From Micrococcus luteus NCTC 2665 (GTDB lineage: Bacteria > Actinomycetota > Actinomycetes > Actinomycetales > Micrococcaceae), in NCBI RefSeq assembly GCF_000023205.1, contig NC_012803.1, forward strand, positions 2,130,001 through 2,162,000: a stretch of 32,000 bases of DNA. The letters are read 5' to 3'. A program made the position numbers and the translations under genes. Below are positions 23,548 through 31,440 of the stretch, in pieces. The notes under the pieces are model-generated. The model ran no database searches. It saw only the letters and a list, made by a program, of their open reading frames with translations, and was not told the origin of the DNA. The number at the start of each line of letters is the position of its first letter. Positions within the stretch are counted from its first letter, which is position 1.

Positions 23548-24771
23548 GTGCCGAGCGTGCGGAACCTCCGAGATCACCTGTCCCAGCGCGCCGTCGGCGT
23601 GAAGCAGTCCGCGGTCCGCGACGTCTTCGACATCGCGATGGACCCGAACCTCGTCTCGCTCGCGGGCGGGAACCCGTGGCTCGCCGACCTGCCCCTCGAC
23701 GAGCTGGGCCGGATCGCCTCCGACCTGATGACCCGGTTCGGCACGGAGTCCCTGCAGTACGGCCCGGGCCAGGGCACCGAGGAGATGCGTGCCGCCGCGA
23801 CCGCCGTGATGGCCGCCGACGGCATCCCGGACGCGGACCCCGACCTCGTGGTCATCACCCCCGGCTCGCAGGCCGCGATCGACACCGCCTGCCGGGCGTT
23901 CGCGAACCCGGGCGACGTCGTCGTGGTGGAGGACCCCACGTTCGTGGGCGCGTTGACCACCTTCACCACCTGGCAGCTCGAGGCCGTGGCCACGGGCACC
24001 GACGACCACGGCCTGGTGCCCGCGGCCCTCGACGAGACCCTGACCCGCCTGGCCGCCGAGGGTCGCCGCGTGGCCTTCCTCTACACGATCCCCTCGTTCG
24101 CGAACCCCTCGGGCGCCCTGCTGCCCCCGGACCGCCGCGCCGAGGTGGGCGCGATCTGCGAGAAGCACGGCGTGCTCATCGTGGAGGACAACCCGTACGG
24201 GCAGATCGCGTTCGACGGCGAGCCCGTCGCCCCGATCGCCGCCGACCACCGGGACAACGTGGTCCACCTCGGCACGATGTCCAAGATCTTCTCCCCGGGC
24301 GTGCGCATCGGCTGGGCGCTCGTGCCGGCCGCGCTCCAGCGCGAGTTCTACCTGTGCGCGGAATCGGCCTACATCCACGCGTCCACGTACTCGCAGATGC
24401 TCACCACCGCCTTCGTCACGCAGCTGGACTGGCAGGGCCACGTCCGCCACGTGACCGGGCTGTACCGCGAGCGGGCCGCGGCGCTCGTGGACGCGGTGCG
24501 TGAGCACTGGGACCCGGCGGTCGAGTTCATCCCCCCGCAGGGCGGCTTCTTCCTGTGGGCCACCCTGCCCGCCGGGGTGGACACCCTCGAGGTGATGCAC
24601 CGCGGCATCGAGGCGGGCGCGGTGTTCGTGCCGGGGGCGGCCTTCACCCCCGTCGAGGGCAAGCACTCCACCCTGCGCCTGGCGTACTCGTTCGTGGCGG
24701 CCGAGAAGCTCGTGGAGGGCGTGCGGCGCCTGGCCCCCGCGGTGAACGAGTCGATCGCCCGGGCCCGCTGA
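23548..24771 (+). CDS. PLP-dependent aminotransferase (class I/II fold, 2-aminoadipate/aromatic aminotransferase-like)
   Basis: ORF 23548..24771, 407 aa: SLAGGNPWLADLP, LQYGPGQG, ITPGSQAAID, VEDPTFVGA, YTIPSFANPSG, VEDNPYG, TMSKIFSPGVRIGW (PLP Lys). An alternative in-frame GTG at 23557 sits 7 nt after a TAGGGT -10-like box. Confidence 0.85.
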   Translation: MPSVRNLRDHLSQRAVGVKQSAVRDVFDIAMDPNLVSLAGGNPWLADLPLDELGRIASDLMTRFGTESLQYGPGQGTEEMRAAATAVMAADGIPDADPDLVVITPGSQAAIDTACRAFANPGDVVVVEDPTFVGALTTFTTWQLEAVATGTDDHGLVPAALDETLTRLAAEGRRVAFLYTIPSFANPSGALLPPDRRAEVGAICEKHGVLIVEDNPYGQIAFDGEPVAPIAADHRDNVVHLGTMSKIFSPGVRIGWALVPAALQREFYLCAESAYIHASTYSQMLTTAFVTQLDWQGHVRHVTGLYRERAAALVDAVREHWDPAVEFIPPQGGFFLWATLPAGVDTLEVMHRGIEAGAVFVPGAAFTPVEGKHSTLRLAYSFVAAEKLVEGVRRLAPAVNESIARAR

Positions 24772-24842
24772 GCCGCGGCGGGCGTCCACGACGACGTCGG
24801 CCCGGCGCGTCCGCCGGACGTGCGACCCCTTCCCCGGGCCCG

Positions 24843-24862
24843 CGAGATCGTATACGATCTCG
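24843..24862. promoter_or_regulatory. hpa operator/promoter module 1: 20-bp perfect palindrome CGAGATCGTATACGATCTCG
   Basis: Perfect palindrome ending 3 nt before ATG 24866. Contains the TANNNT-type hexamer TACGAT (24853-24858), exactly 7 nt before the ATG. The same core recurs at 28985 and 30563. Confidence 0.65.
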
Positions 24863-24865
24863 ACC

Positions 24866-26464
24866 ATGACGCAGAGCACACCGGATCCCACGCCCACCGT
24901 CACCGAGCACGACTTCACCGTCCGGGAGAACCGGCCGGGCAAGGTGCTCGCCGTCCACCTGAACTACCCCTCCCGCATCGCCCAGCGCGGCCGGTCCCCG
25001 CAGGCCCCCGGCTACTTCCTCAAGGCCGGCACCTCCCTCGCCCGCACCGGCGACACCATCGAGCGCCCCGCCGGCACCGAGCTGCTCGCCTACGAGGGCG
25101 AGATCGCGCTGATCATCGGCCGCACCGCCCGGCGCGTCAGCCCGAAGGAGGGCTGGTCGCACGTCTCCGGCATCACCGCCGCCAACGACTGGGGCCTCTA
25201 CGACCTCCGCCACGCGGACAAGGGCTCCAACGTCAAGAACAAGTCCGGCGACGGCTACACCCCGCTCGGCCCCGCGGTGATCTCCGCCGCGGGCCTGGAC
25301 CCGGCCGCCCTGCGCGTGCGCACCTGGGTCAACGGCGAGATCGTCCAGGACGACACCACCGAGGGCCTCGTCTTCCCGTTCGGCCAGCTCGTGGCCGACC
25401 TCTCGCAGCTCATGACGCTCGAGGAGGGCGACGTCATCCTCACCGGCACCCCCGCCGGGTCCTCCGTGGCCCAGCCGGGCGACGTCGTCGAGGTGGAGGT
25501 GGACGCCCCCAGCGCCCCCGGCGCACCGACCACCGGCCGCCTGGTGACGACGGTCGTCGACTCGGAGCACTCCCTGGCCCCGTTCGGCGCGCAGCCGCAG
25601 GTGGACGACGTGCAGCGCGAGGAGGCCTGGGGCTCCCGCGAGGCCGCCGGTCTGGCCCCGCAGGCCGCGGCGCCGTCGTCGTCCGCGGTGGACGAGAACG
25701 GCCACTGGGTCGCGAGCGCCCCGCAGCCGGACCGCTCCCTGCTGACCCCGGAGCTGCGCGCCAAGATCGACGCCATCGCGGTGGCCACCCTCACCGCCCA
25801 GCTGCAGAAGCGCGGCATCCAGAACGCGACCATCGACGGCCCGCGCCCGATCCACCAGGGTCGGCGCGTCCTCGGCTACGCCAAGACCCTGCGCTACATC
25901 CCCAAGCGCGAGGACCTGTTCAAGGAGTTCGGCGGCGGCTTCAACGCCCAGAAGCGGGCCATCGACTCGGTGCAGCCGGACGACGTGGTGGTCATGGAGG
26001 CCCGTGGCGAGCACGGCACCGGCACCCTCGGGGACGTCCTGGCCCTGCGCGCCCAGGTGAACGGTGCGAACGCCGTGATCACGGACGGCGGCATCCGCGA
26101 CTCCGCCGCCGTCGCCGAGGTCGGTCTCCAGGTGTACGCCGGCGCCACGCACCCGGCGGTGCTGGGCCGCCGTCACATCCCGTGGGAGGTCGGCGGCACC
26201 ATCGCCTGCGGCGGCACCACCGTGCAGCCCGGCGACATCATCGTCGGCGACGACGACGGTGTGGTGGTCATCCCGCCGTCCCTGCTCCAGGAGGTCGTGG
26301 ACGACGCCTACGAGCAGGAGCTCCAGGACGCCTGGGCGTACGAGCAGGTCAAGGCCGGCCACCCGGTGGACGGGATGTTCCCCCCGAACGCCGAGTGGAA
26401 GGCCACGTTCGACGAGTACCGCAAGACCCTGCCGGACGCCCCGGCCCCGGAGGGCGACGCCTGA
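24866..26464 (+). CDS. Fusion protein: FAH-family domain (HpaG-like isomerase/decarboxylase) + RraA/HMG-CHA-aldolase-like domain
   Basis: ORF 24866..26464, 532 aa. N-terminal ~215 aa: VLAVHLNYPSRI, YEGEIALIIGR, ITAANDW, KGSNVKNKSGDGYTPLGP, DVILTGTPAG (FAH fold). A Pro/Ala-rich linker follows. C-terminal ~240 aa: VATLTAQLQKRG, GDVLALRAQVNGANAVITDGGIRD, GDIIVGDDDGVVVIP (RraA-like fold). Confidence 0.8.
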   Translation: MTQSTPDPTPTVTEHDFTVRENRPGKVLAVHLNYPSRIAQRGRSPQAPGYFLKAGTSLARTGDTIERPAGTELLAYEGEIALIIGRTARRVSPKEGWSHVSGITAANDWGLYDLRHADKGSNVKNKSGDGYTPLGPAVISAAGLDPAALRVRTWVNGEIVQDDTTEGLVFPFGQLVADLSQLMTLEEGDVILTGTPAGSSVAQPGDVVEVEVDAPSAPGAPTTGRLVTTVVDSEHSLAPFGAQPQVDDVQREEAWGSREAAGLAPQAAAPSSSAVDENGHWVASAPQPDRSLLTPELRAKIDAIAVATLTAQLQKRGIQNATIDGPRPIHQGRRVLGYAKTLRYIPKREDLFKEFGGGFNAQKRAIDSVQPDDVVVMEARGEHGTGTLGDVLALRAQVNGANAVITDGGIRDSAAVAEVGLQVYAGATHPAVLGRRHIPWEVGGTIACGGTTVQPGDIIVGDDDGVVVIPPSLLQEVVDDAYEQELQDAWAYEQVKAGHPVDGMFPPNAEWKATFDEYRKTLPDAPAPEGDA

Positions 26465-26466
26465 GC

Positions 26467-27168
26467 ATGCGCCGGACGGACATCGGAACGGTCGGCCTCG
26501 CAGGAGCCCCCGTCTCCAAGGCGGACCGCGCCTACCAGGCCATCCTCGAGGGGATCCGGGACCAGCGCCACGAGCCGGGCGACCGCCTGGTGCTGTCCCA
26601 GATCGCCGCGGAGTTGGGCATGTCCGTGGTGCCCGTGCGGGAGGCGATCCGCCGCCTGCAGTCCGAGATGCTGGTGGCCTACGAGCGCAACGTGGGCGCC
26701 ACCGTGGTGGGCATCGACCCGGTCGAGTACCGCCACACCATGGAGACGCTGGCACTGGTGGAGGGGTTCTCCACCGCCCAGTGCGCCCCGCACGTGACCG
26801 CCGAGGACCTCGCGGCGGCCCGTGAGGTGAACGCGACCATGCGCGCGATGACGGCGTCGGAGAGGGCCTGGGACCCGGTGGCGTTCACCGAGCTCAACCG
26901 CCGCTTCCACTCGATCCTGTTCGAGCATCACCAGAACGAGCACGTGCACGACCTGGTGCACCGCGGCTGGAACCGCCTGGCCGCGCTGCGCTCGTCCACG
27001 TTCGCGTACGTGCCCGGTCGGGCGGTGGCCTCCGTGGACGAGCACGAGCACCTGCTGCGCCTGATCGAGGACGGGGCGCGCTTCGAGGAGATCGAGGCCG
27101 CCGCCCGCGCCCACCGCCTGAACACCCTGCACGCCTACCTGGAGCACAGCGCCGAGCCGTCTTCGTGA
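26467..27168 (+). CDS. GntR-family (FadR subfamily, FCD domain) transcriptional regulator of the hpa cluster
   Basis: Part of ORF 24820..27168, from MRRTDIGTV; ATG 26467 is 3 nt after the upstream stop. wHTH: GDRLVLSQIAAELGMSVVPVREAIRRLQSEMLV. FCD-type C-terminal domain: FHSILFEHHQNEH, EHEHLLRLIEDG. Confidence 0.8.
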   Translation: MRRTDIGTVGLAGAPVSKADRAYQAILEGIRDQRHEPGDRLVLSQIAAELGMSVVPVREAIRRLQSEMLVAYERNVGATVVGIDPVEYRHTMETLALVEGFSTAQCAPHVTAEDLAAAREVNATMRAMTASERAWDPVAFTELNRRFHSILFEHHQNEHVHDLVHRGWNRLAALRSSTFAYVPGRAVASVDEHEHLLRLIEDGARFEEIEAAARAHRLNTLHAYLEHSAEPSS

Positions 27169-27248
27169 CCGCCGGACGGGCCGGCGCCGACGCCGACTGC
27201 TCCAGACCCCGACCATCCGCCCCCGAAGCACTCAGCGAAAGAGACACC

Positions 27249-28793
27249 ATGACGGAGAAGACCAGCATCGAGGCCCGCACGCCCGAGGGCCTGCCCGACG
27301 TCCTGCGCCACTACATCGACGGCGAGTTCGTCGACTCGATCGACGGCGACACCTTCGAGGTGCTCGACCCGGTGACCAACGAGCCGTACCTGACGGCCGC
27401 CTCCGGCAAGGCCGCGGACATCGACCGCGCCGTCGCCGCCGCGAAGCGGGCCTTCAAGTCCGGCGAGTGGTCCCAGGCCCTGCCGCGCCAGCGCTCCCGC
27501 GTGCTGCACCGGATCGCCGACATCATGGAGACCCGCGGCGACCAGCTGGCCGAGATGGAGTGCTTCGACACCGGCCTGCCGATCAAGCAGGCGAGGGGCC
27601 AGGCCGCCCGCGCCGCCGAGAACTTCCGCTTCTTCGCGGACCTGATCGTGGCCCAGCACGACGACACCTTCAAGGTGCCGGGCCGCCAGATCAACTACGT
27701 GAACCGCAAGCCGATCGGCGTCGCCGGCCTGATCACCCCGTGGAACACCCCGTTCATGCTGGAGTCCTGGAAGCTGGCCCCGGCCATCGCCACCGGCAAC
27801 TCGGTGGTCCTGAAGCCGGCGGAGTTCACCCCGCTCTCGGCCTCCCTGTGGGGCGGGATCTTCGAGGAGGCCGGCCTGCCCCAGGGCGTGTTCAACATGG
27901 TGCACGGCTTCGGCGAGGAGGGCTACGCGGGCGACCCGCTCGTGAAGCACCCGGACGTGCCGCTGATCTCCTTCACCGGCGAGTCCCGCACCGGCCAGAT
28001 CATCTTCGCCAACGCCGCCCCGCACCTGAAGGGCCTGTCCATGGAGCTCGGCGGCAAGTCCCCGGCCGTGGTGTTCGAGGACGCGGACCTGGACGCGGCG
28101 ATCGACGCGACCATCTTCGGCGTGTTCTCCCTGAACGGCGAGCGCTGCACCGCCGGCTCCCGCATCCTGGTCCAGCGTTCCGTCTACGACGAGTTCGTGG
28201 AGCGCTACGCCGCCCAGGCCTCCCGCGTGAAGGTCGGCCTGCCGAACGACGAGACCACCGAAGTCGGCGCCATCGTGCACCCGGAGCACTTCGAGAAGGT
28301 CATGTCCTACGTGGAGATCGGCAAGACCGAGGCCCGCCTGGTGGCCGGCGGCGGCCGCCCGGAGGGCTTCCCCGAGGGCAACTTCGTGCAGCCCACCGTG
28401 TTCGCGGACGTGGCCCCGGACGCCCGGATCTTCCAGGAGGAGATCTTCGGCCCGGTCGTGGCCATCACCCCCTTCGACACGGAGGAGGAGGCCCTGCAGC
28501 TGGCCAACAACACCAAGTACGGTCTGGCCGCCTACATCTGGACCAACGACCTCAAGCGCGCCCACAACGTCGCGCAGAACGTGGAGGCCGGCATGGTGTG
28601 GCTCAACTCCAACAACGTGCGGGACCTGCGCACCCCGTTCGGCGGGGTGAAGGCCTCCGGCCTGGGCCACGAGGGCGGCTACCGCTCGATCGACTTCTAC
28701 ACCGATCAGCAGGCCGTGCACATCAACCTCGGCGAGGTCCACAACCCGGTGTTCGGCAAGCAGGAGCAGGCCGCGGCGAAGATCGACGGCTGA
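27249..28793 (+). CDS. hpaE: 5-carboxymethyl-2-hydroxymuconate semialdehyde dehydrogenase (aldehyde dehydrogenase family)
   Basis: Part of ORF 27165..28793, from MTEKTSIEARTPEG. Colinear with my recollection of E. coli HpaE: FTGESRTG, SMELGGKSP, FSLNGERCTAGSRI, QEEIFGPV, YGLAAYIWT, VRDLRTPFGGVKASG. Confidence 0.88.
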   Translation: MTEKTSIEARTPEGLPDVLRHYIDGEFVDSIDGDTFEVLDPVTNEPYLTAASGKAADIDRAVAAAKRAFKSGEWSQALPRQRSRVLHRIADIMETRGDQLAEMECFDTGLPIKQARGQAARAAENFRFFADLIVAQHDDTFKVPGRQINYVNRKPIGVAGLITPWNTPFMLESWKLAPAIATGNSVVLKPAEFTPLSASLWGGIFEEAGLPQGVFNMVHGFGEEGYAGDPLVKHPDVPLISFTGESRTGQIIFANAAPHLKGLSMELGGKSPAVVFEDADLDAAIDATIFGVFSLNGERCTAGSRILVQRSVYDEFVERYAAQASRVKVGLPNDETTEVGAIVHPEHFEKVMSYVEIGKTEARLVAGGGRPEGFPEGNFVQPTVFADVAPDARIFQEEIFGPVVAITPFDTEEEALQLANNTKYGLAAYIWTNDLKRAHNVAQNVEAGMVWLNSNNVRDLRTPFGGVKASGLGHEGGYRSIDFYTDQQAVHINLGEVHNPVFGKQEQAAAKIDG

Positions 28794-28812
28794 CCCGCAC
28801 TGACCGGTGACC

Positions 28813-28857
28813 ACGACGGCGCCCGCACCGTCCCCGCGACGGTGCGGGCGCCGTCGT
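28813..28857 (+). terminator. Hairpin terminator after hpaE
   Basis: ACGACGGCGCCCGCACCGTC (28813-28832) / CCCGC loop / GACGGTGCGGGCGCCGTCGT (28838-28857) forms a perfect 20-bp stem, 20 nt after the stop codon. Confidence 0.65.
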
Positions 28858-28897
28858 CGTGCTGGGGCCGGGCCGGGTCTCTCCCCCGGCCCACCGA

Positions 28898-28954
28898 CGC
28901 GGGTTGAGTTGTCGCGGGTGCGGGCGCCCCGGACCCGCGACAACTCAACCCGCG
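28898..28954. repeat. REP-like palindromic element, full copy (CGCGGGTTGAGTTGTCGCGGGT arms)
   Basis: Arms 28898-28919 and 28933-28954 are perfectly complementary over 22 nt, and the inner region extends the stem to a 3-nt loop with one mismatch. The right arm recurs verbatim at 31476-31497. Confidence 0.75.
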
Positions 28955-28984
28955 TTCCTCGACGGCCTTCCCGCCGGTCGCCTG

Positions 28985-28998
28985 GATCGTATACGATC
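28985..28998. promoter_or_regulatory. hpa operator/promoter module 2: GATCGTATACGATC
   Basis: 14-bp perfect palindrome located 55 nt upstream of hpaD ATG 29053. TACGAT (28992-28997) is followed after 7 nt by an in-frame GTG at 29005. Confidence 0.6.
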
Positions 28999-29052
28999 GA
29001 GCCCGTGACCGTGTCCCAGGCCACAGCGCACCGCCATCACCAAGGAGCACCG

Positions 29053-30219
29053 ATGACCAACCTCGAGAGCCGCCAGAAGACCTCCTCCGGCTTCTTCGTC
29101 ACGAAGGAAGCCCCCATCGACCCGGAGAACCCCCTCCCCACCCCGACGTCCGAGGCGCCGGACATCCTGCGCTGCGCCTCGATGGAGCTCGTGGTCACGG
29201 ACCTCGCCGCCTCCCGCGAGTTCTACGTGGACGTGCTCGGCCTCGTGGTCACCGAGGAGGACGAGGAGACCGTCTACCTGCGCTCCATGGAGGAGTTCAT
29301 CCACCACAACCTGGTGCTGCGCCAGGGCGAGACCGCCGCCGTGGCCGCGTTCTCCTACCGCGTGCGCACCCCCGAGGACCTGGACAAGGCGGTCGCCTTC
29401 TACGAGGAGCTGGGCTGCCGTGTCGAGCGCCGGAGGGACGGCTTCGTCAAGGGCGTCGGCGACTCCGTGCGCGTCGAGGACCCGCTGGGCTTCCCCTACG
29501 AGTTCTTCCACGACGTCGAGCACGTGGAGCGCCTGGCCTGGCGCTATGACCTCTACACCCCGGGCGCCCTGGTCCGCCTGGACCACTTCAACCAGGTGAC
29601 CCCGGATGTGCCGCGCGCCGCCCGCTACATGCAGGACCTGGGCTTCCGCGTCACCGAGGACATCCAGGACGAGAAGGGCACCGTCTACGCCGCGTGGATG
29701 CGCCGCAAGCCCACCGTGCACGACACCGCCATGACCGGCGGCGACGGCCCCCGGATGCACCACGTGTGCTTCGCCACGCATGAGAAGCACAACATCCTGG
29801 CGATCTGCGACAAGCTCGGCGCCCTGCGCATGTCCGACCACATCGAGCGCGGCCCGGGACGCCACGGCGTCTCCAACGCGTTCTACCTCTACCTGCGCGA
29901 CCCGGACGGCCACCGCGTGGAGGTCTACACCCAGGACTACTACACCGGTGACCCGGACAACCCCGTGGTCACCTGGGACGTGCACGACAACCAGCGTCGC
30001 GACTGGTGGGGCACCCCGGTCGTGCCGTCCTGGTACACCGACGCCTCCCGCGTGCTGGACCTCGACGGCAACCTGCAGCCGCTGGTCTCCCGCACCGACG
30101 ACTCGGAGATGGCCGTGACCATCGGCGCCGACGGCTTCTCCTACACCCGCGAGGAGCAGGGCGAGGAGTCCCTGCCGGAGTGGAAGCAGGGCGAGTACAA
30201 GCTCGGCAACCAGCTCTGA
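29053..30219 (+). CDS. hpaD: 3,4-dihydroxyphenylacetate (homoprotocatechuate) 2,3-dioxygenase, type I extradiol
   Basis: Part of ORF 28807..30219, from MTNLESRQ; AAGGAG RBS at 29042-29047. Long colinear identity with my recollection of Brevibacterium fuscum HPCD / Arthrobacter MndD: ILRCA..ELVVTDLA.SR.FYVDVLGL, IHHNLVL, LVRLDHFNQVTPDVPR, GFRVTEDIQD, HDTA.TGG.GPR.HHV, IERGPGRHGVSNAFYLY, YTQDYYTGDPDNP, DNQRRDWWG.PVVPSWYT, KLGNQL end. Confidence 0.95.
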   Translation: MTNLESRQKTSSGFFVTKEAPIDPENPLPTPTSEAPDILRCASMELVVTDLAASREFYVDVLGLVVTEEDEETVYLRSMEEFIHHNLVLRQGETAAVAAFSYRVRTPEDLDKAVAFYEELGCRVERRRDGFVKGVGDSVRVEDPLGFPYEFFHDVEHVERLAWRYDLYTPGALVRLDHFNQVTPDVPRAARYMQDLGFRVTEDIQDEKGTVYAAWMRRKPTVHDTAMTGGDGPRMHHVCFATHEKHNILAICDKLGALRMSDHIERGPGRHGVSNAFYLYLRDPDGHRVEVYTQDYYTGDPDNPVVTWDVHDNQRRDWWGTPVVPSWYTDASRVLDLDGNLQPLVSRTDDSEMAVTIGADGFSYTREEQGEESLPEWKQGEYKLGNQL

Positions 30220-30255
30220 CCGGCACTGCCGGGCGCCGCTCCGGGACACCATGAC

Positions 30256-30288
30256 GACGGCGGGCACCCCACGCAGGTGCCCGCCGTC
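30256..30288 (+). terminator. Hairpin terminator after hpaD
   Basis: GACGGCGGGCACC (30256-30268) / 7-nt loop / GGTGCCCGCCGTC (30276-30288) forms a perfect 13-bp stem, 37 nt after the stop codon. Confidence 0.6.
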
Positions 30289-30335
30289 GGCGTCCGCCCT
30301 CCCTGCCATCCTCCGCGTCTCCCCGCCCCACGCCG

Positions 30336-30402
30336 TTCGAGGCGGAAAATCCACCTCATTCGAGCCGGGAGGGCCAGTTTGAGCTCGATTTCCCGCCTCG
30401 AA
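30336..30402. repeat. Imperfect inverted repeat with relatively AT-rich arms (TTCGAGGCGGAAAA / TTTCCCGCCTCGAA)
   Basis: 14-nt arms at 30336-30349 and 30389-30402 with 1 mismatch, plus an inner pair TCGAGC (30360) / GCTCGA (30383). Shares CGAGGCGGAAA(A)TC with the element at 15031-15045. Confidence 0.55.
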
Positions 30403-30562
30403 GCATGGGGAGCAGGGGTGTCCCGCCTCGCAGACGGGCGTCGAGGGGCGGGCCTGGCTCACGGTGCACCGCCGCCAGCCCGGGCTGGGGATCGGGACGC
30501 GCACCCCGGACTGATCCGGGGCGGTGACAGGATGGCGACGGGACCAGGGGCCGAGCCGCGCA

Positions 30563-30574
30563 ATCGTATACGAT
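30563..30574. promoter_or_regulatory. hpa operator/promoter module 3: ATCGTATACGAT
   Basis: 12-bp perfect palindrome ending 40 nt upstream of the hpaH GTG 30615. TACGAT is at 30569-30574. The same downstream CGAGACC context as module 2. Confidence 0.6.
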
Positions 30575-30614
30575 CGAGACCAGGCCCCCGCCCGACGTCG
30601 TGAAGGAGACCGCT

Positions 30615-31400
30615 GTGCTGGACCACGAGACCCACGTCAAGATCGCCGACGAGCTGCACCGCGCGGGCATCGACCGCGTGCCGGTGCCGCGGCTGACCGC
30701 GCGCTACCCGGAGATGGAGATCGAGGACTCGTACGCCGTCCAGCGCATCTGGGCCGAGTGCCAGGTCGAGGCGGGCCGCCGCAAGGTGGGCCACAAGATC
30801 GGCCTGACCTCGAAGGCCATGCAGGACGCCACCGGAATCGACGAGCCGGACTACGGCGTGATCTTCGACGACCAAGTGTTCGAGTCCGGCCACGTCTACG
30901 CGTGGAAGAAGTACACCCACCCCCGCGTCGAGATGGAGCTGGCGTTCGTGCTCAAGGACGAGCTGCGCGGCCCCGGCCTGAACCTGATGGACGTGCTGCG
31001 CGCCACCGAGTACGTGGTGCCCGCGCTCGAAGTGTTGGACTCCCGCATCGAGATGGAGGGCCGCACCATCACGGACACCATCTCGGACAACGCCGCCCTG
31101 GGCTCCCTGGTGATCGGCGGCCGCCCCGTGGGCGTGCACGACGTGGACCTGCGCTGGGTCTCCGGCATCCTCTCCCGCAACGAGGAGATCATCGAGACCG
31201 GCGTGGCCGCGGGCGTGCTGAACCACCCGGCCAACGGCGTGCACTGGCTGGCCAACCGCATCGCCGGGCACGGAGACGCGCTCGAAGCCGGTGAGATCGT
31301 GCTCGCCGGCTCCTTCACCCGCCCGATGTGGGTCTACGAGGGCGACACCGTCTACGCCGACTACGGCCCACTGGGCACCATCACCTGCCGCTTCGCCTGA
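30615..31400 (+). CDS. hpaH: 2-oxo-hept-3-ene-1,7-dioate (2-oxohepta-3-ene-1,7-dioic acid) hydratase
   Basis: ORF 30600..31400, trimmed to GTG 30615, which is 6 nt after AAGGAG (30603-30608). The N-terminus VLDHETH aligns with E. coli HpaH MFDKHTH as I recall it. Contains KVGHKIGLTSKAMQ, EPDYG, PRVEMELAFVL, DTISDNAA, ETGVAAGVLNHPANGVHWLAN, AGSFTRP. Confidence 0.92.
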   Translation: MLDHETHVKIADELHRAGIDRVPVPRLTARYPEMEIEDSYAVQRIWAECQVEAGRRKVGHKIGLTSKAMQDATGIDEPDYGVIFDDQVFESGHVYAWKKYTHPRVEMELAFVLKDELRGPGLNLMDVLRATEYVVPALEVLDSRIEMEGRTITDTISDNAALGSLVIGGRPVGVHDVDLRWVSGILSRNEEIIETGVAAGVLNHPANGVHWLANRIAGHGDALEAGEIVLAGSFTRPMWVYEGDTVYADYGPLGTITCRFA

Positions 31401-31440
31401 GCCGCCCGCCGTCGTCGTCGCCCCGCCCGCCCGCCTGCAA

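Noticed and set aside
30277-30670. ORFs 30277..30603(+) and 30356..30670(-) as the missing hpaF or another small hpa gene.
   Set aside because: Both have R/P/G-rich composition, no RBS and no resemblance to the CHM isomerase (tautomerase-superfamily-like) sequence. Both run across the terminator and operator elements.
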